A model generated the notes under the pieces. The model saw nothing but the letters and a program-made list of their open reading frames with translations. It was not told the origin of the DNA and made no database searches. The position numbers were made by a program, and so were the translations under genes. DNA of 60,903 nt, counting the filler, from Sphacelaria rigidula (taxonomy: Eukaryota): assembly GCA_964200075.2 (NCBI GenBank). It is 7 parts of 7 records of this genome, joined end to end, with 100 filler letters (N's around TTAATTAATTAA, not from the genome) between each part and the next. Parts side by side here need not be neighbours in the genome. Positions count along the whole stretch, not along the records: positions 43,577 to 52,190 come from CAXNAA020010600.1; positions 52,291 to 60,903 come from CAXNAA020010601.1; 5 more parts are not named here. One strand, written 5' to 3'. This document shows, piece after piece, positions 47,911-60,404 of the stretch (position 1 is its first letter; every line of letters begins with the position of its first letter).

Positions 47911-47969
47911 CCTCTTTTCATTTTTTTTTCGGGGCGGGGGTGCGGGGTCGTAAACGAATGAACAACCAG

Positions 47970-48079
47970 ATCTGGAAGATGGGACAGACGTCGTGTGTAC
48001 ACAGCCTCGAAGAGCATGACAAGGAGATCTACACGATCAAGTGGAGCCCAAGGCCGGAGAAGCAGCTGCTGCTTGCCAG
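47970..48079 (+). CDS. TBL1: TBL1-like internal exon
   Basis: [36 protein letters not shown](S); ACCAG acceptor, GTGTGC donor. Confidence 0.92.
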
Positions 48080-48102
48080 GTGTGCACAATGAAAATGACG
48101 AA

Positions 48103-48125
48103 GAGTCATGCTACGGTAGGGGTCG
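48103..48125. mobile_element. GAG-type MITE terminus (partner end not found)
   Basis: GAGTCATGCTACGGTAGGGG matches the TIRs at 6175, 6433 and 52. Confidence 0.6.
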
Positions 48126-48559
48126 CAGATTTGGGCCCAGATCTTTCTCATTCAAGGGCTCCTGAAGTTGAAAAGAACACAAAAGCACTTCCTCTGCGCC
48201 GTAAGTAAAGTCCGTTATGAGGAGCAGATCGTATATCGCCAACGGAGTTGCCCACGATTCTATGGTTGGGTTGTTTACAGAGCTGTTGATGTGCTGATGC
48301 TCGCTAAAGAAAAAGAATCCGAGCCGAAATTACCGAGAATTAGTGGGTCGAAATATGGCCAAATTCGACCAATTTCGACCACATTCCACCATTTTCGGCA
48401 AAATTTCGACGTCTTTTGCCTGTTTTGTAACCAAATGGAGGCAGCTATGTGACCAAGTGTTTTCGGACGACGCGTGGGTACCGTACAAAGCTGATGAATC
48501 GGAGGCATGTGGTTATTTCGACGTTTTTTCGCTATTTTTGGAGTTTCGGAGGATTTCCA

Positions 48560-48786
48560 ATGTTCTTCGCTATTTTCCAGAAACGGGCAAAATTCGGCCT
48601 TTTGGGGGCCGACCCATCTTTTTCGGTCGTTCATGCGTGCATCTAGGTGCGCGCAGAAAAGAGAAAAGATTTCGAAATTGAATAAAAAAACACCGAAGCG
48701 ATTTCGAAAAAGTTATCGCCTTTTGCATCGGTGACGATTCAGGGTCTGTGTAGGCATCACGACCTTTACTTTCGTCATAGAGGAAG
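48560..48786. mobile_element. 3' part of a Stowaway-like MITE
   Basis: Similar to 51530-51707; ends GACCTTTACTTTCGTCATAGAGGAAG|TA. Confidence 0.65.
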
Positions 48787-49752
48787 TATGAGTCAGGACA
48801 GATGCCGTTTTCAATTTCATTTCAGGACATCCCTAGCCCAATGGAATGTCAATCTTGCCGTGGTCACACATACATATTTTCCAAGCCTTTTTTTTTCTGG
48901 ATGAGATAGAGGGCTCCTAAATCATTCAAACCTCAGAAAATGTCTGTGCACTCATTCCGTAGTCCCACTCCAACACAAATTTTTGTCTTGTCCTTTTTGT
49001 GCATGAGTGTGTCCAAAAAAGATTGAAAATGTATCTATGAATATACGAAATCGATCGCTCCGTGAAAGTCGTGAGGCTCCTAGTGACGGTAGAAACCGTC
49101 GAAGGTGGCCGATGATTTTCCTCGGGTTATGTCGTCAAGGATTTACCGTAAGTCGTGGAGTTGAGGGAAGTAGATCACTCGGGGAGCTCGGGGAGCGCGA
49201 GCGACTTAGCTCGAAGGCGAGGTCTAAGAATCCAAGTCAAAAGTGATCCCCAGAGATAGCCAGTAGTTCGCTGGGAAGATCCCTGTTGACTCGGGGTCCC
49301 AGATCCGGCTGTACAGATATGGGAGTTTCGGGGCTCCTGCGAAAATAACCCCTGTATTTTAACAGCCGTTCACTAGGTTACACGTCATGAAAGGAAATCT
49401 CTCCGCACATGCCCAAATGGCGATCTCCACAGCTCCGATATTTCGGCGGTACTATACTGACTATGAAAAAACAGCTAGTGCGGCCCGGCATATATCTGGC
49501 AGTACCCATACATAGGCAGGGTGGGCATTCACGTGTGTGTGTGTGTTTGTTTTATGGGTGCGGTTTGTGCCTATTGTGACAATGTTTCAAAGGTGCTGAG
49601 GATACCGTGTCCTAGGTTACCCTGGATTTCCGGTGTACTTGTAGTACCCGACTACCCCACGGGTGCCCGTTGAGTGTTTTTTCAAGTATACCTGAGGCGT
49701 AGGACACCTTGTCCCAGGGTACCGTGGATTTTCTGCAGCATCGCCGGCGGGC

Positions 49753-49820
49753 CCCGGTAGTGTCTCATGGTACAACTGACACCATTAGGTGGGGGGGAAA
49801 CGCGGGTTCAATTCCCGCCA
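49753..49820 (+). mobile_element. tRNA-like SINE head fragment, family B-like
   Basis: CCCCGGTAGTGT..ATGGTAC...GGGTTCAATTCCCG resembles the reverse complement of 37780-37845. Confidence 0.55.
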
Positions 49821-51133
49821 GATACTTGTTTGTTATAGTTCCACTTTTTTTTTTGCTCTCCCTCATGGAGTATGTCTCTGATTCTCATGGTTGAAGTGCG
49901 AAGATGCACGGGGGGAGCAAAAATAGTGCGCTTGGCTCAAGGTATGCTGGATAAGAGTCAACGCGGTGCGAGAGTATGGTGATCCCAGCCGTGATACCCG
50001 AAACGAAAAGGCGTGCACTGTTTTGTCGGAGGAGGAGTGTGTGGGGGGGGTGTACTCGTGATCTCGCGTGCCGTTGTCATATGACCATTAACCTCGAATC
50101 CCTTACAAAGCCGGGACGGAGTACTACATTTGGATATCGGCTGAAGGAGAACGCTGAGTACTTTCGAATACCCTGGATCGAGGACTCGTACCCGCTCTGT
50201 ACCGAATCCTGCACAGCATTTGGTGACTTTTTGGTACGGATGTTGGTTTCACTTGCTCTCCACGTACTGGCGAGCGATATGAGAGTATCGGAAAACGCTT
50301 TTTTGTCATTTCCAGAGTGCAAATATCTCAGGATCAGAGTGTACAACGAAAGATTATTTTCCCCTCCGTCAAATGTGGTATCCATCCCCTTAACTTTTTT
50401 TCCATGAGGTGTTTTTTTTTATTCCGCATTCTGATCCTAATATATTTGCACACTCTGAAATGACAAGAAAAAAAGTTTTTTTCTGAAGTTCTTTTGTTTT
50501 TCAGTCACCCATATCATATGAAGATGCGGATTTTGGCGGAATAAGGCGAGGTGATTTCGGCTTGCTTCGGATGATGCAGACAATTAGTTTACTGAGTGCT
50601 CTCCGTATGTGTACGTTATTTTTTGCTGCTTGGTTTTTTCTCTTGTATCTGTTTACCACCGCCGGGTTTTATTTCATTATCTGTCTGGCGGAGGGCAGCC
50701 GTGACTCTCCGATACACCCACATATACCGCACACAGGGTATGCTGTGTGGGGAATAACACTCTTCGCCCCACCCGGGCTCAACATGCCACATACGGGGTC
50801 AAGAGTCATACGGCTATGGCATGCAAGATTATGAGCACACACCCTGGGCTCAACCTTGACGCTGTTGCCAACCGCGACGGCTACGTGAAAAATGTGCTCG
50901 TGTAGACATCTATTTGAAAACTTGACTGAATATTTTCGACAAGTGGTTTTCCCCTGGATTTATTTCCTCTTTTGTTTTTCTCAATTTGCCATGTCTGTCT
51001 CCGCTTTTTGTTTTTCGTTCCCCCCCCTTCCCCTTTTCCCCCCTGTAGGATGAATCATATGCATGCAAAAAGGGGGGGTGTACTCATGATCATGCGTGGG
51101 GGGGTGGGGGGTGCATATGTTTTTTATCTTATA

Positions 51134-51707
51134 CTTCCTCTGTCCCATAAGTAAAGGTCCTTATGTGAGGCAGATCATATCTTGCCAATGGAGTTGCCTG
51201 CGATACTCAAGTTAGGTTTGCTTGAAAGCTATTTATACGGTGACGCTCATAAAAATATAAAATAAAAACGGCCCGAACTTACTGATAGTTACTGGGTCAA
51301 AAAGTGGAGGATTTGGCGGGTTTGGGGGATTTTTTTCATGTCAACGGGCGATGACGAACTTGGTGTGGAGCATACTTGGGTGTCGGCGCGGCAGAAGGCA
51401 GGAACTTTAGAAAAGGTGGTAAAATATGATCAGGGGGCCTTTACGAAGGCCTGGGACTATCTAGCATCAAGCCCCAGTGACGGCGAGGACGATTAACGAA
51501 AATGCTTTTCTGTTCATTTTTATATTACACTTTTTCGGAATACGGCCTTTTTTCGGCCGTTCATGCATCCAGAGTCGTGCGTTCAAAAAACAAAACGGGT
51601 TCCAACGAAAAAAACACCAAATAATTGAAAAAAAATGACCGCTTATGGCGTCGGACACCGGGAAGGCTCTGTTATTATAAGAACCTTTACTTATGGGATA
51701 GAGGGAG
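51134..51707. mobile_element. Stowaway-like Tc1/mariner MITE, 574 bp, TA TSD
   Basis: 31-bp TIR CTTCCTCTGTCCCATAAGTAAAGGTCCTTAT versus rc CTCCCTCTATCCCATAAGTAAAGGTTCTTAT; TA flanks. Confidence 0.9.
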
Positions 51708-51791
51708 TACATAATATTTTTTCATTCATCTTCCGTCTCTCTCTCTCTCTTTTTTTTTCACCCCGGTGTTTGTGTGTTCGTTTATATGCAT

Positions 51792-51792
<1 letters not shown>

Positions 51793-51854
<62 letters not shown>
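51793..51854. repeat. (GT)n microsatellite abutting a splice acceptor
   Basis: About 30 GT units followed by TTGCAG. Confidence 0.97.
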
Positions 51855-51858
<4 letters not shown>

Positions 51859-51860
51859 AG

Positions 51861-51970
51861 CGCTTCTTTCGATGCCACGGTGAAGCTGTGGGATATTCAG
51901 GTCGGGAAGGTCGTGTCCACTCTACAAAGGCACCAGGACCCTGTGTACAGCGTCGCGTTCAGCCCGTCTG
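51861..51970 (+). CDS. TBL1: TBL1-like internal exon
   Basis: (S)[36 protein letters not shown](G); TGCAG acceptor, GTGAGC donor. Confidence 0.93.
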
Positions 51971-52190
51971 GTGAGCATCGTCCGTTGTTCTGTGGTCTAA
52001 TTTCGCCGTACTCTCACCCCGCTTTTGGCAGGTTGAGGGGTAGGTACGGGGGTAATGAAATGATGTAGGGTCATGGTTAGAATGACAACCCCCGTGTGCG
52101 ATGGGGCTGATGAAGTAAGTCGTGGTGGAAGTTTGCACGGTTAGGACAAATCATCACGACTCGAAATTACCAAATTCACGATTTCTTCTG

Positions 52191-52290
52191 NNNNNNNNNN
52201 NNNNNNNNNNNNNNNNNNNNNNNNNNNNNNNNNNTTAATTAATTAANNNNNNNNNNNNNNNNNNNNNNNNNNNNNNNNNNNNNNNNNNNN
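52191..52290. other. Artificial contig spacer
   Basis: N44-TTAATTAATTAA-N44. Confidence 0.99.
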
Positions 52291-55200
52291 GTGTGCTCGG
52301 CAAGTCGCATGAAGGGTGAGCTGCATCCCTAAAATATTGTTCGGCCCGAAGCCTACTGATCATCTTGCATTTGGATGACAGCCTACAGTGAGTTGCTTCA
52401 TTTTCTGGTATCGCCTCTTCTAGAGACACCCACGGCTTGTACACTGCCTCATGGGCGTCTCACCATGTAAACACTACGTAGTACGATCATATTTTTTGCG
52501 CGGAGTTGGGGTTCTCCCACCCCGCACAATATGATCTAGCTCGACCACCATTATCGTCACCGCAAAAAAACGCAAGGGGAAAAGACATCGGTAACCTGAG
52601 TTGCCAAGCTGAAGCAGTGAGTGGCATGTTTAACAGCGTCATCGCCAACCGACGCCAACCCCAAAGGGGGTCCGTCCCTACAAAGCCGGGACGGAGAACG
52701 CCAGTTTTTCGCCGGACCAGGCTAACAGCAAAGCATTCAGGGGGGCAATGGTCTTCCTACTCATAAGAAGGTACCTCAGATCCGATCTAGTGTTACTACT
52801 GTCGGGGGTGGGTAGTGGTGGACACTCTCGGTTGGCGCTTCAATATTGCACCGGGAAAGTAAAACATGCGGGTTTCATGACGAACTCCATCGCTCCACGT
52901 TAATCATTCCACATCCTACCTCACGGTACCAAAAAAAGTGTAGACTTCACAACTATATACGAAGTATGTCATCACCCCCAAAACAGAAAATTCATCCCTG
53001 TAATGTCGCAGAAAAGCGATCCAGTTGCAAGAAATGATGTAGATGTGTTGTTACGTTCATGGGAACAGATGATATACACGAACGGTCTCTATTCTGGCAA
53101 GAACGATGCTGTCTATTTGCCTCGGCGGCGTGTGGATTCGTAGCAGATGGGTGGATGTGACACATGTGATCAACTAAAACGACCAATCACTGAACAGATA
53201 GGGCACGCACGAGATTTGAAGACGTGCTCGAGTGCCGCAGCGTTGTAAGCCATTCCGTGACCTTTGGGTCTGTCTCGTTTTAACACGTGGATATAGAAGA
53301 GATGACAGAAGTGTGACTTTGGGCGGGGTTAAGAAGGAATGGGCAAAAATGGATATAGGGAGGTAACACAGATGGAACAGATGAGGGCACAGCAAAATCC
53401 CCACCTGGTAGCAAAAAAAGCATTAAAAATATCACGAAGGCAAATGAGCGGAAGGAAAAGAGAACGAAATGAGAACCAACTCCCAATCACAAAAACCAAA
53501 TTAAGCGAGGAAAATATGAATTCCCGCTGATTGGTATGGAACATGACTTTTGCTCACAACCTCTGCAGAAAGGCAGCCTGCAGCGCGTCATAAATTGTGT
53601 TTCAGTAAGCATATGTTCGAGTTTTACCCTGTGCCCTTTTTGTGGCCTGGTACGTGTTTGAATGTCACCTCCTGCACAAAATTGACTACCGAGTCCAGCC
53701 ATGTGCGGCACCGGCACCTTCTGGTGAATCACCCCATTTCGACTCTTGAGAGTCCATTCACCGCAACCCTCGCTTATCTCGCAAACGAACGAGGACGTGT
53801 TTTATCCTCTAAATTGTGCTCCTTGGAAGTTCAATTTCACCAAGTTGTGTCCACAGGTTGGCGAAGAACGGGTCGGGACCTTCTTGTGACGTAATATCTT
53901 GTCATGTTTGGCGGCGGTACTGGGCACAAGGGTGATTTTTCGATTTGTTTATCGCGCGGAAAAAAACTCTAGGACAGCCCTCTGGTATTTTGGCGGGATC
54001 GTCAGACACTGTGAATGCCACAAAGCCAGCAAAACACGGTTTAAGTACCTCCCGTGTTCTCTTGTGTTCCCCCACTCATTCAAGCAATTAGCCTGTGTTC
54101 CGTGGGAGACCCAAGGGATCGAACAAGTGATGTGGTTTTGAACGATACCGGGGGTAATACTCGTTAGTAGTCCACACGAACGATGGCTTCACATGTGGCT
54201 CCACCCGAGGGAGAACGAATAGCGTGGTCAACCCAACCAGTGAGGGTAGATGGACACCAGCTCCACACACAGGATGGTCAGACCAGAGCGGATATTCAAG
54301 CTCTCGCCGTAATACTTCAATAGCACTGTACACCCCACGTCGCCGGTTTACCTAGGCTTTGTGTTTTATAGCAGGGTGTCTGATTCGATACATCGGCGCC
54401 TTGGCTGATATGATGCTGCCCTTCGCTCGAACTGTAGCTCTTGTTAGCCAGGCGGCCGCTCAGGGATCGGATGATATGCTGACGCCTGACCTTTTTTTCC
54501 CGCACTGTGTACGGTGCCTTGATACGTGTCCGATGTTCCGTGTTCCCTGCTGCTGTGCCACTGCACTTATGCCACGGGTACCTTACCTAGCGAGTCAAAC
54601 ATGTACCTAATTCCTATGATTGATGCCGTTGTTCCCTGGGGTACGAGGAGGCGTTGATGACGTCACAGAACAGGGTGTATTCATGGGATGAGAGTGGAGT
54701 GCGGTATACATACCCAACCCCCCAGTAGGTGCACAGAGATGCCCCTGTGGCAAAGCAATTGAGAGTAGAACTCATGTAGAGGCAGAATATGGACTATACC
54801 AGGAGTTATGGGGCGTGTTAGAGGGGGAAATGTGATACATAAACGAAGGCGGCGTGAAATCGCGGGGTATATTAGATGGTGACGAGAAAACGATCGCTAT
54901 ACTGCGAGACAGATGGTAGCCACAGACGGAGAGACAGGAAGGGGATGAGATATGTATAAAAGGTTTTTGTGCACTCTATGAAGGAACCGTACGGAACTCT
55001 CAAATGTTTGAGGTGTCCCGATTAGGAGTAGGAACGGTGCTTCGTCGCGAAAGCGATGCATGGCCAGTGTCCAAACGACGAAGGCAAGCAACAAATGATT
55101 ACGCCCCCCACCTACACGTGATCACCTGCTCTAGTTCTCCCAACACGTACGATGGGTGATTGAATAAAATGAGTACACCGCAAAACGCCGTTTCTGTTGC

Positions 55201-55391
55201 CTCTCGCGCCAAGATATCCACCTCTAGACCTCTGCTGACTCCACCTTGTGTTGGTGTTTCGTTCCATACCGTGTGTGTGTCCTCCAAACCGCAGGTGGAG
55301 CAGTTCGTCGTCCCGCAGGGTGCCATGGTGCACACCGCGAACACCACCTCGCCGCAGGCGACAGACCTGACCGACCCCCTCCGCTGCAACC
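52291..55391 (+). repeat. Left arm of a long inverted duplication (outer end cut by the contig start)
   Basis: Reverse complement of 57460-60270 with scattered substitutions; ~300-bp extra segment at ~53707-54014. Confidence 0.95.
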
Positions 55392-56756
55392 TGGTTGCCT
55401 AGCTTACGCAATGAATGGCGTGTTCTACAGCGTCATTGCCAACCGACGCCAACTCCTTAGGGGGTCCGTCCCTACAAAGCCGGGACGGAGCACGCCGGGT
55501 TTTTGCCGGATCAGGCTGGGGAGTGTAGCAATTGAGCCAAGGAAGAGAGCATGGAAAAACAGAGGGGGGTCGGACGGTGTTGTGTTTCGAAGGATGTTGC
55601 AACACGTACCGTAGCGGATGTATGCGGGGTTTGTCAACGTTTTACACGTCTTCAAGTAAAAAGAATCAACGTGTTGTTTCGGTCCCCCGTACGCTTCCCT
55701 CCACAAAAAACAAAACACTACCATTCAACAATCACCCAACGACAAAAAAATGAATCATCTATCGATCATACAGCAACTTGATACACCGAGTACTCAGTCA
55801 ATTTTCATATAAATCGACAGTAAAGGTGACCATTGAGTTCGATATTTATCGATGAATTCATAATTTCCTGTTGAATGAATTATTGTTTGGCATCTCCTCT
55901 GCGTGCGTTTGGTGTGTTGCGATCCCGGCCATTCATCCAAGAAAAAAAATATTGAAAACGGTACGACGGGAAATGACAGTCAAAGTTGCACAATTGTTTT
56001 TTTGTATGTGCAAACGATAACAACAAACCCGCTGAACGTTCGCTCGTGCAGCCGGGACGGGTCTATTCTTCACTATAGACAAAGCAAAAGAACGAGCATT
56101 GAATCAGATAGGGACCGCTGCCGGATCAACCTCGAGGCCTGTCTCCACTGGTTTCATTCATCTATTTCTCGTGTTGTATTCGGACATTCGGGATTGAGTT
56201 ACAAACGCCAGCTTAAGCTCACCACCCAGACTAGACGGCTTTCCAGTTATACTTCCTCAATAAAAGGGCAAACATATTTTGACTCCATATCGAAATCATG
56301 AAAGAGCAATTCATAACATCGTACCATGTAATGTGTTGAAAAATATCATGCCAGTCCCTCCATTTTCAACTGCCTGGAGGCAGGCTTGAGTCATTCTCAT
56401 CATTTGTTTCACCAAGTCATGGGATGTCGAGTCTAGACACCGGGGGCACTAGCGTACTGTTGATGATTCAAGAGTGTGATGCTTTGGTGTATCTAGTAGC
56501 GATCGCAGTAGTAGTAGAACCGGAAATGTTGGCGTTACCTGCCGCGGAAACCTCCAACAACAGCACGTGACCGATCCAGAATAATTGGCACCCAACTCGA
56601 TTTTGCAAAACTCGACAGAATCGAACCAACGACTGACCTTATGAGTCGGCTACCATGGATAACCGTGCATTGTAGATATTTGATCAAATGAACTTGATGC
56701 TGATTCAACAGACGGATGAGCAAGCCTGGACTCTTCACTGCTTCAAAATATCACAA

Positions 56757-57210
56757 ACTACTGCTAGGACCGTCGTGGCTACGGCTTGACCAGCATGCTC
56801 TCCCTCGTCCACCTTTGAATCGGTTTTTTTAGCTCTGCCGTCAGCTCTGCCCCTGACTTCGGCTTGAACGGCTGCATCTACGTTGTTCCTAGATGGTACT
56901 GGAGGTGCTGCTGCTATCGCATAAGCAAACGACGAAATCTCAGGCCTCAGGAGCAAGCTACTTCAACTCACCACCGCCGGGAGATGATACAGGGGCCGGA
57001 CGAGCGGCAGGGGCAGCAGGGTTCGACTCCGGCAACGGGAATGCGACAGAACCAGCAGCACTACCACCGTCATCAGAAAACAAGGCAAATGGAGCCGCGT
57101 AGACCGAAGTCAGGGGCGGAGTGGACGGCAGAGTCGCGACAGTCGATTCGGAGGTAGACAGCGAAGAGCATGGTGGTCGAGCCGTAGCCGCGACGGTCCC
57201 AGAAGCAGTA
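56757..57210. repeat. Older short inverted repeat (56757-56913 versus 57052-57210)
   Basis: CCGAAGTCAGGGGC.GAG..GACGGCAGAG...GAGCATG.TGGTC.AGCCGTAGCC.CGACGGTCC on both strands; the translations are also similar. Confidence 0.8.
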
Positions 57211-57459
57211 ACACCAGACAGTCATGCATCGGGGGGCGCTGCTATCGCACCTGGTGAACCAGCACTGCCTGCCGCTGAACCGGACGAAGCAGCAGTAGCA
57301 GCAGCAGCAGTAGCAGAAGCTACAGGAGCAACAGCGGTAGAGGTAGCGGCTGGAGTGAAATGCGTACATGGCGCCAACGCGTGGCTGAGTCGACGATCGC
57401 TCGCCCCGGCCGGAGAGGCGAGGTGCTGGGGAGGTTCCGACCGTGCAGGCGGCGGAGAT

Positions 57460-60270
57460 GGTTGCAGCGGAGGGGGTCGGTCAGGTCCGTCGCCTGCGGC
57501 GACGTGATGTTCGCGGTGTGCACCATGGCACCCTGCGGGACGACGAACTGCTCCACCTGCGGTTTGGAGGACACACACACGGTATGGAACGAAACACCAA
57601 CACAAGGTGGAGTCAGCAGAGGTCTAGAGGTGGATATCTTGGCGCGAGAGGCAGCAGAAACGGCGTTTTGCGGTGTACTCATTTCATTCAATCACCCATC
57701 GTACGTGTTGGAAGAACTAGAGCAAGCGATCACGTGTGGGTGGGGGGCGTAATCATTTGTTGCTTGCCTTAGTCGTTTGGACACTGGCCATGCATCGCTT
57801 TCGCGACCAAGCACCGTTCCTACTCCTAATCGGGACACCTCAGACATTTGAGAGTTCCGTACGGTTCGTTCATAGAATGCACGAAAACCTTTTATACATA
57901 TCTCATCCCCTTCCAGTCTCTCCGTCTGTGGCTACCATCTGTCTCGCAGTATAGCGATCGTTTTCTCGTCACCATCTAATATACCCCGCGATTTAACGCC
58001 GCCTTCGTTTATTTATCACATTTCCCCCCCTAACACGCCCCATAACTCCTGGTATAGTAAATATTCTGCCTCTACATGAGTTCTACTCTCAATTGCTTTG
58101 CCACAGGGGCACCTCTGTGCACCTATTGGGGGGTTGGGTATGTATGCCGCACTCCACTCTCATCCCATGAATACACCCTGTTCTGTGACGTCATCAACGT
58201 CTCCTCGTACCCCAGGGAACACCGACATTAATCATAGGAATCAGGTACACGTTTGACTTGCTAAGTAAGGTACCCGTGGCATAAGTGCAGTGGCACAGCA
58301 GCAGGGAACACGGAACATCGGACACGTATCAAGGCACCGTACACAGTGCGGGAAAAAAAGGTCAGGCGTCAGCATATCATCCGATCCCTGAGCGGCCGCC
58401 TGGCTAACAAGAGCTACAGTTCGAGCGAAGGGCAGCATCATATCAGCCAAGGCGCCGACATGTATCGAGTCAGACACTCTGCTATAAAACACAAAGCCTA
58501 GGTAAACCGGCGACGTGGGGTGTACAGTGCTATTGAAGTATCACGGCGAGAGCTTGAATATCCCCTCTGGTCTGACCATCCTGTGTGTGGAGCTGGTGTC
58601 CATCTACCCTCACTGGTTGGGTTGACCCCGCTATTCGTTCTTCCTCGGGTGGAGCCACATGTGAAGCCATCGTTCGTGTGGACTACTAACGAGTATTACC
58701 TCCAGTATCGTTCAAAACCACATCACTTGTTCGATCCCTTGGGTCTCCCACGGAACACAGGCGAATTGCTTGAATGAGTGGGGGAACACAAGAGAACACG
58801 GGAGGTACTGACCCCGTGTTTCGTTGGCTTTCTGGTATGCGCATGGCTGGACTCGGAAGTCAATTTTGTGCAGGAGGTGACCCTGAAAGGTGACATTCAA
58901 ACACGTACCAGGCCACAAAAAGGGCACAGGGTAAAACTCGAACACATGCTTACTGAAACACAATTTATGACGCGCTGCAGGCTGCCTTTCTGCAGAGGTT
59001 GTGAGCATAAGTCATGTTCCATACCAATCAGCGGGAATTCATATTTTCCTCGCTTAATTTGGTTTTTGTGATTGGGAGTTGGTTATGTTTTCGTTCTCTT
59101 TTCCGTCCGCTCCTTTGCCTTCGTGATATTTTTAATGCTTTTTTTGCTACCAGGTGGGGATTTTGCTGTGCCCTCATCTGTTCCATCTGTGTTACCTCCC
59201 CATATCCATTTTTCCCCATTCCTTCTTAACCCCGCCCAAAGTCACACTTCTGTCATCTCTTCTATATCCACGTGTTGAAACGAGACAGACTCAAAGGCCA
59301 CGGAATGGCTTACAACGCTGCGGCACTCGAGCACGTCTTCAAATCTCGTGCGTGCCCTGTCTATTCAGTGATTGGTCGTTTTAGTTGATCACATGAGTCA
59401 CACCCACCGATCTGCTACGAATCCACACGCCGCCGAGGCAAATAGACAGCATCGTTCTTGCCAGAATAGAGACCGTTCGTGTATATCATCTGTTTCCATG
59501 AACGTAACAACACATCTAGATCATTTCTTGCAACTGGATCGCTTTTCTGCGACATTACAGGCATGAATTTTCTGTTTTGGGGGTGATGACATATATTGTT
59601 GTGAAGTCTACACTTTTTTTGGTACCGTGAGGTAGGATGTGGAATGATTAACGTGGAGCGATGGAGGTCGTCATGAAACCCGCATCTTTTACTTTCCCGG
59701 TGCAACATTGAAGCGCCAACCGAGAGTGTCCACCACTACCCACCCCCGACAGTGGTAACACTAGATCGGATCTGAGGTAGCTTCTTATGAGTATGAAGAC
59801 CATTCCCCCCTTGAATGCTTTGCTGTTAGCCTGGTCCGGCGAAAAACTGGCGCTGTCCGTCCCGGCTTTGTAGAGACGGACCCCCTTTGGGGTTGGCGTC
59901 GGTCGGCGTCGTTTGACGATGACGCTGTTAAACATGCCACTTACTGCTTCAGCTTGGCAACTCAGGTTACCGATTGTTTTGCCCCTTGCGTCTTTTTGCG
60001 GTAACCATAATGGTGGTCGAGCTAGATCATATAGTGCGGGCTGGGAGAACCTCAACTCCGCGCAAAGAATATGATCGTACTACGTAGTGTTTACATGGTG
60101 AGACACCCATGAGGCAGTGTACAAGCCGTGGGTGTCTCTAGAAGAGGTGATACCAGAAAATGAAGCAACTCACTGTAGGCTGTCATCCAAATGCAAGATG
60201 ATCAGTAGGCTTCGGGCCGAACAATATTTCAGGGATGCAGCTCACCCTTCATGCGACTCGCCGAGCACAC
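57460..60270 (-). repeat. Right arm of the long inverted duplication
   Basis: Mirror ORF pairs, e.g. 53339..53530(+) with 59028..59219(-) and 54088..54333(-) with 58520..58777(+). Confidence 0.95.
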
Positions 60271-60404
60271 CACGGTGCTGCGCGCTTGGTAAATGATTCT
60301 AAGCCTCGTCCGGCAAAAACCCGGCGTGCTCCGTCGCGGCTTTGCAGGGATGCGAGCTCAATGGTCAGATGGCCATGGCATCCAACATCATGAGTACACC
60401 CCCC
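57742..60404. mobile_element. Putative full-length (~2.7 kb) non-autonomous TIR element with G-run termini
   Basis: Left GGGGGGCGTAATCATTTGTTGCTTGCCTTAGTC; right (rc) GGGGGGTGTACTCATGATGTTGGATGCCATGGCCATCTGACCATTGAGCTCGCATCCCT; ~60-bp imperfect TIR. Confidence 0.65.

Noticed and set aside
33038..51970. Apparent same-strand cluster HOP2-CCT4-TBL1 (CCT folds WD40 proteins)
   Set aside because: The genes lie on different size-sorted contigs, so adjacency is artificial
56620..56680. PWWP-like MHGYPW*P on the minus strand
   Set aside because: Single short motif containing a stop, with no supporting flanking pattern
58270..58777. Transposase-like remnant inside the duplicated element (YPWHKC...LFDPLG)
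   Set aside because: No convincing catalytic motif order; cannot be assigned without a search
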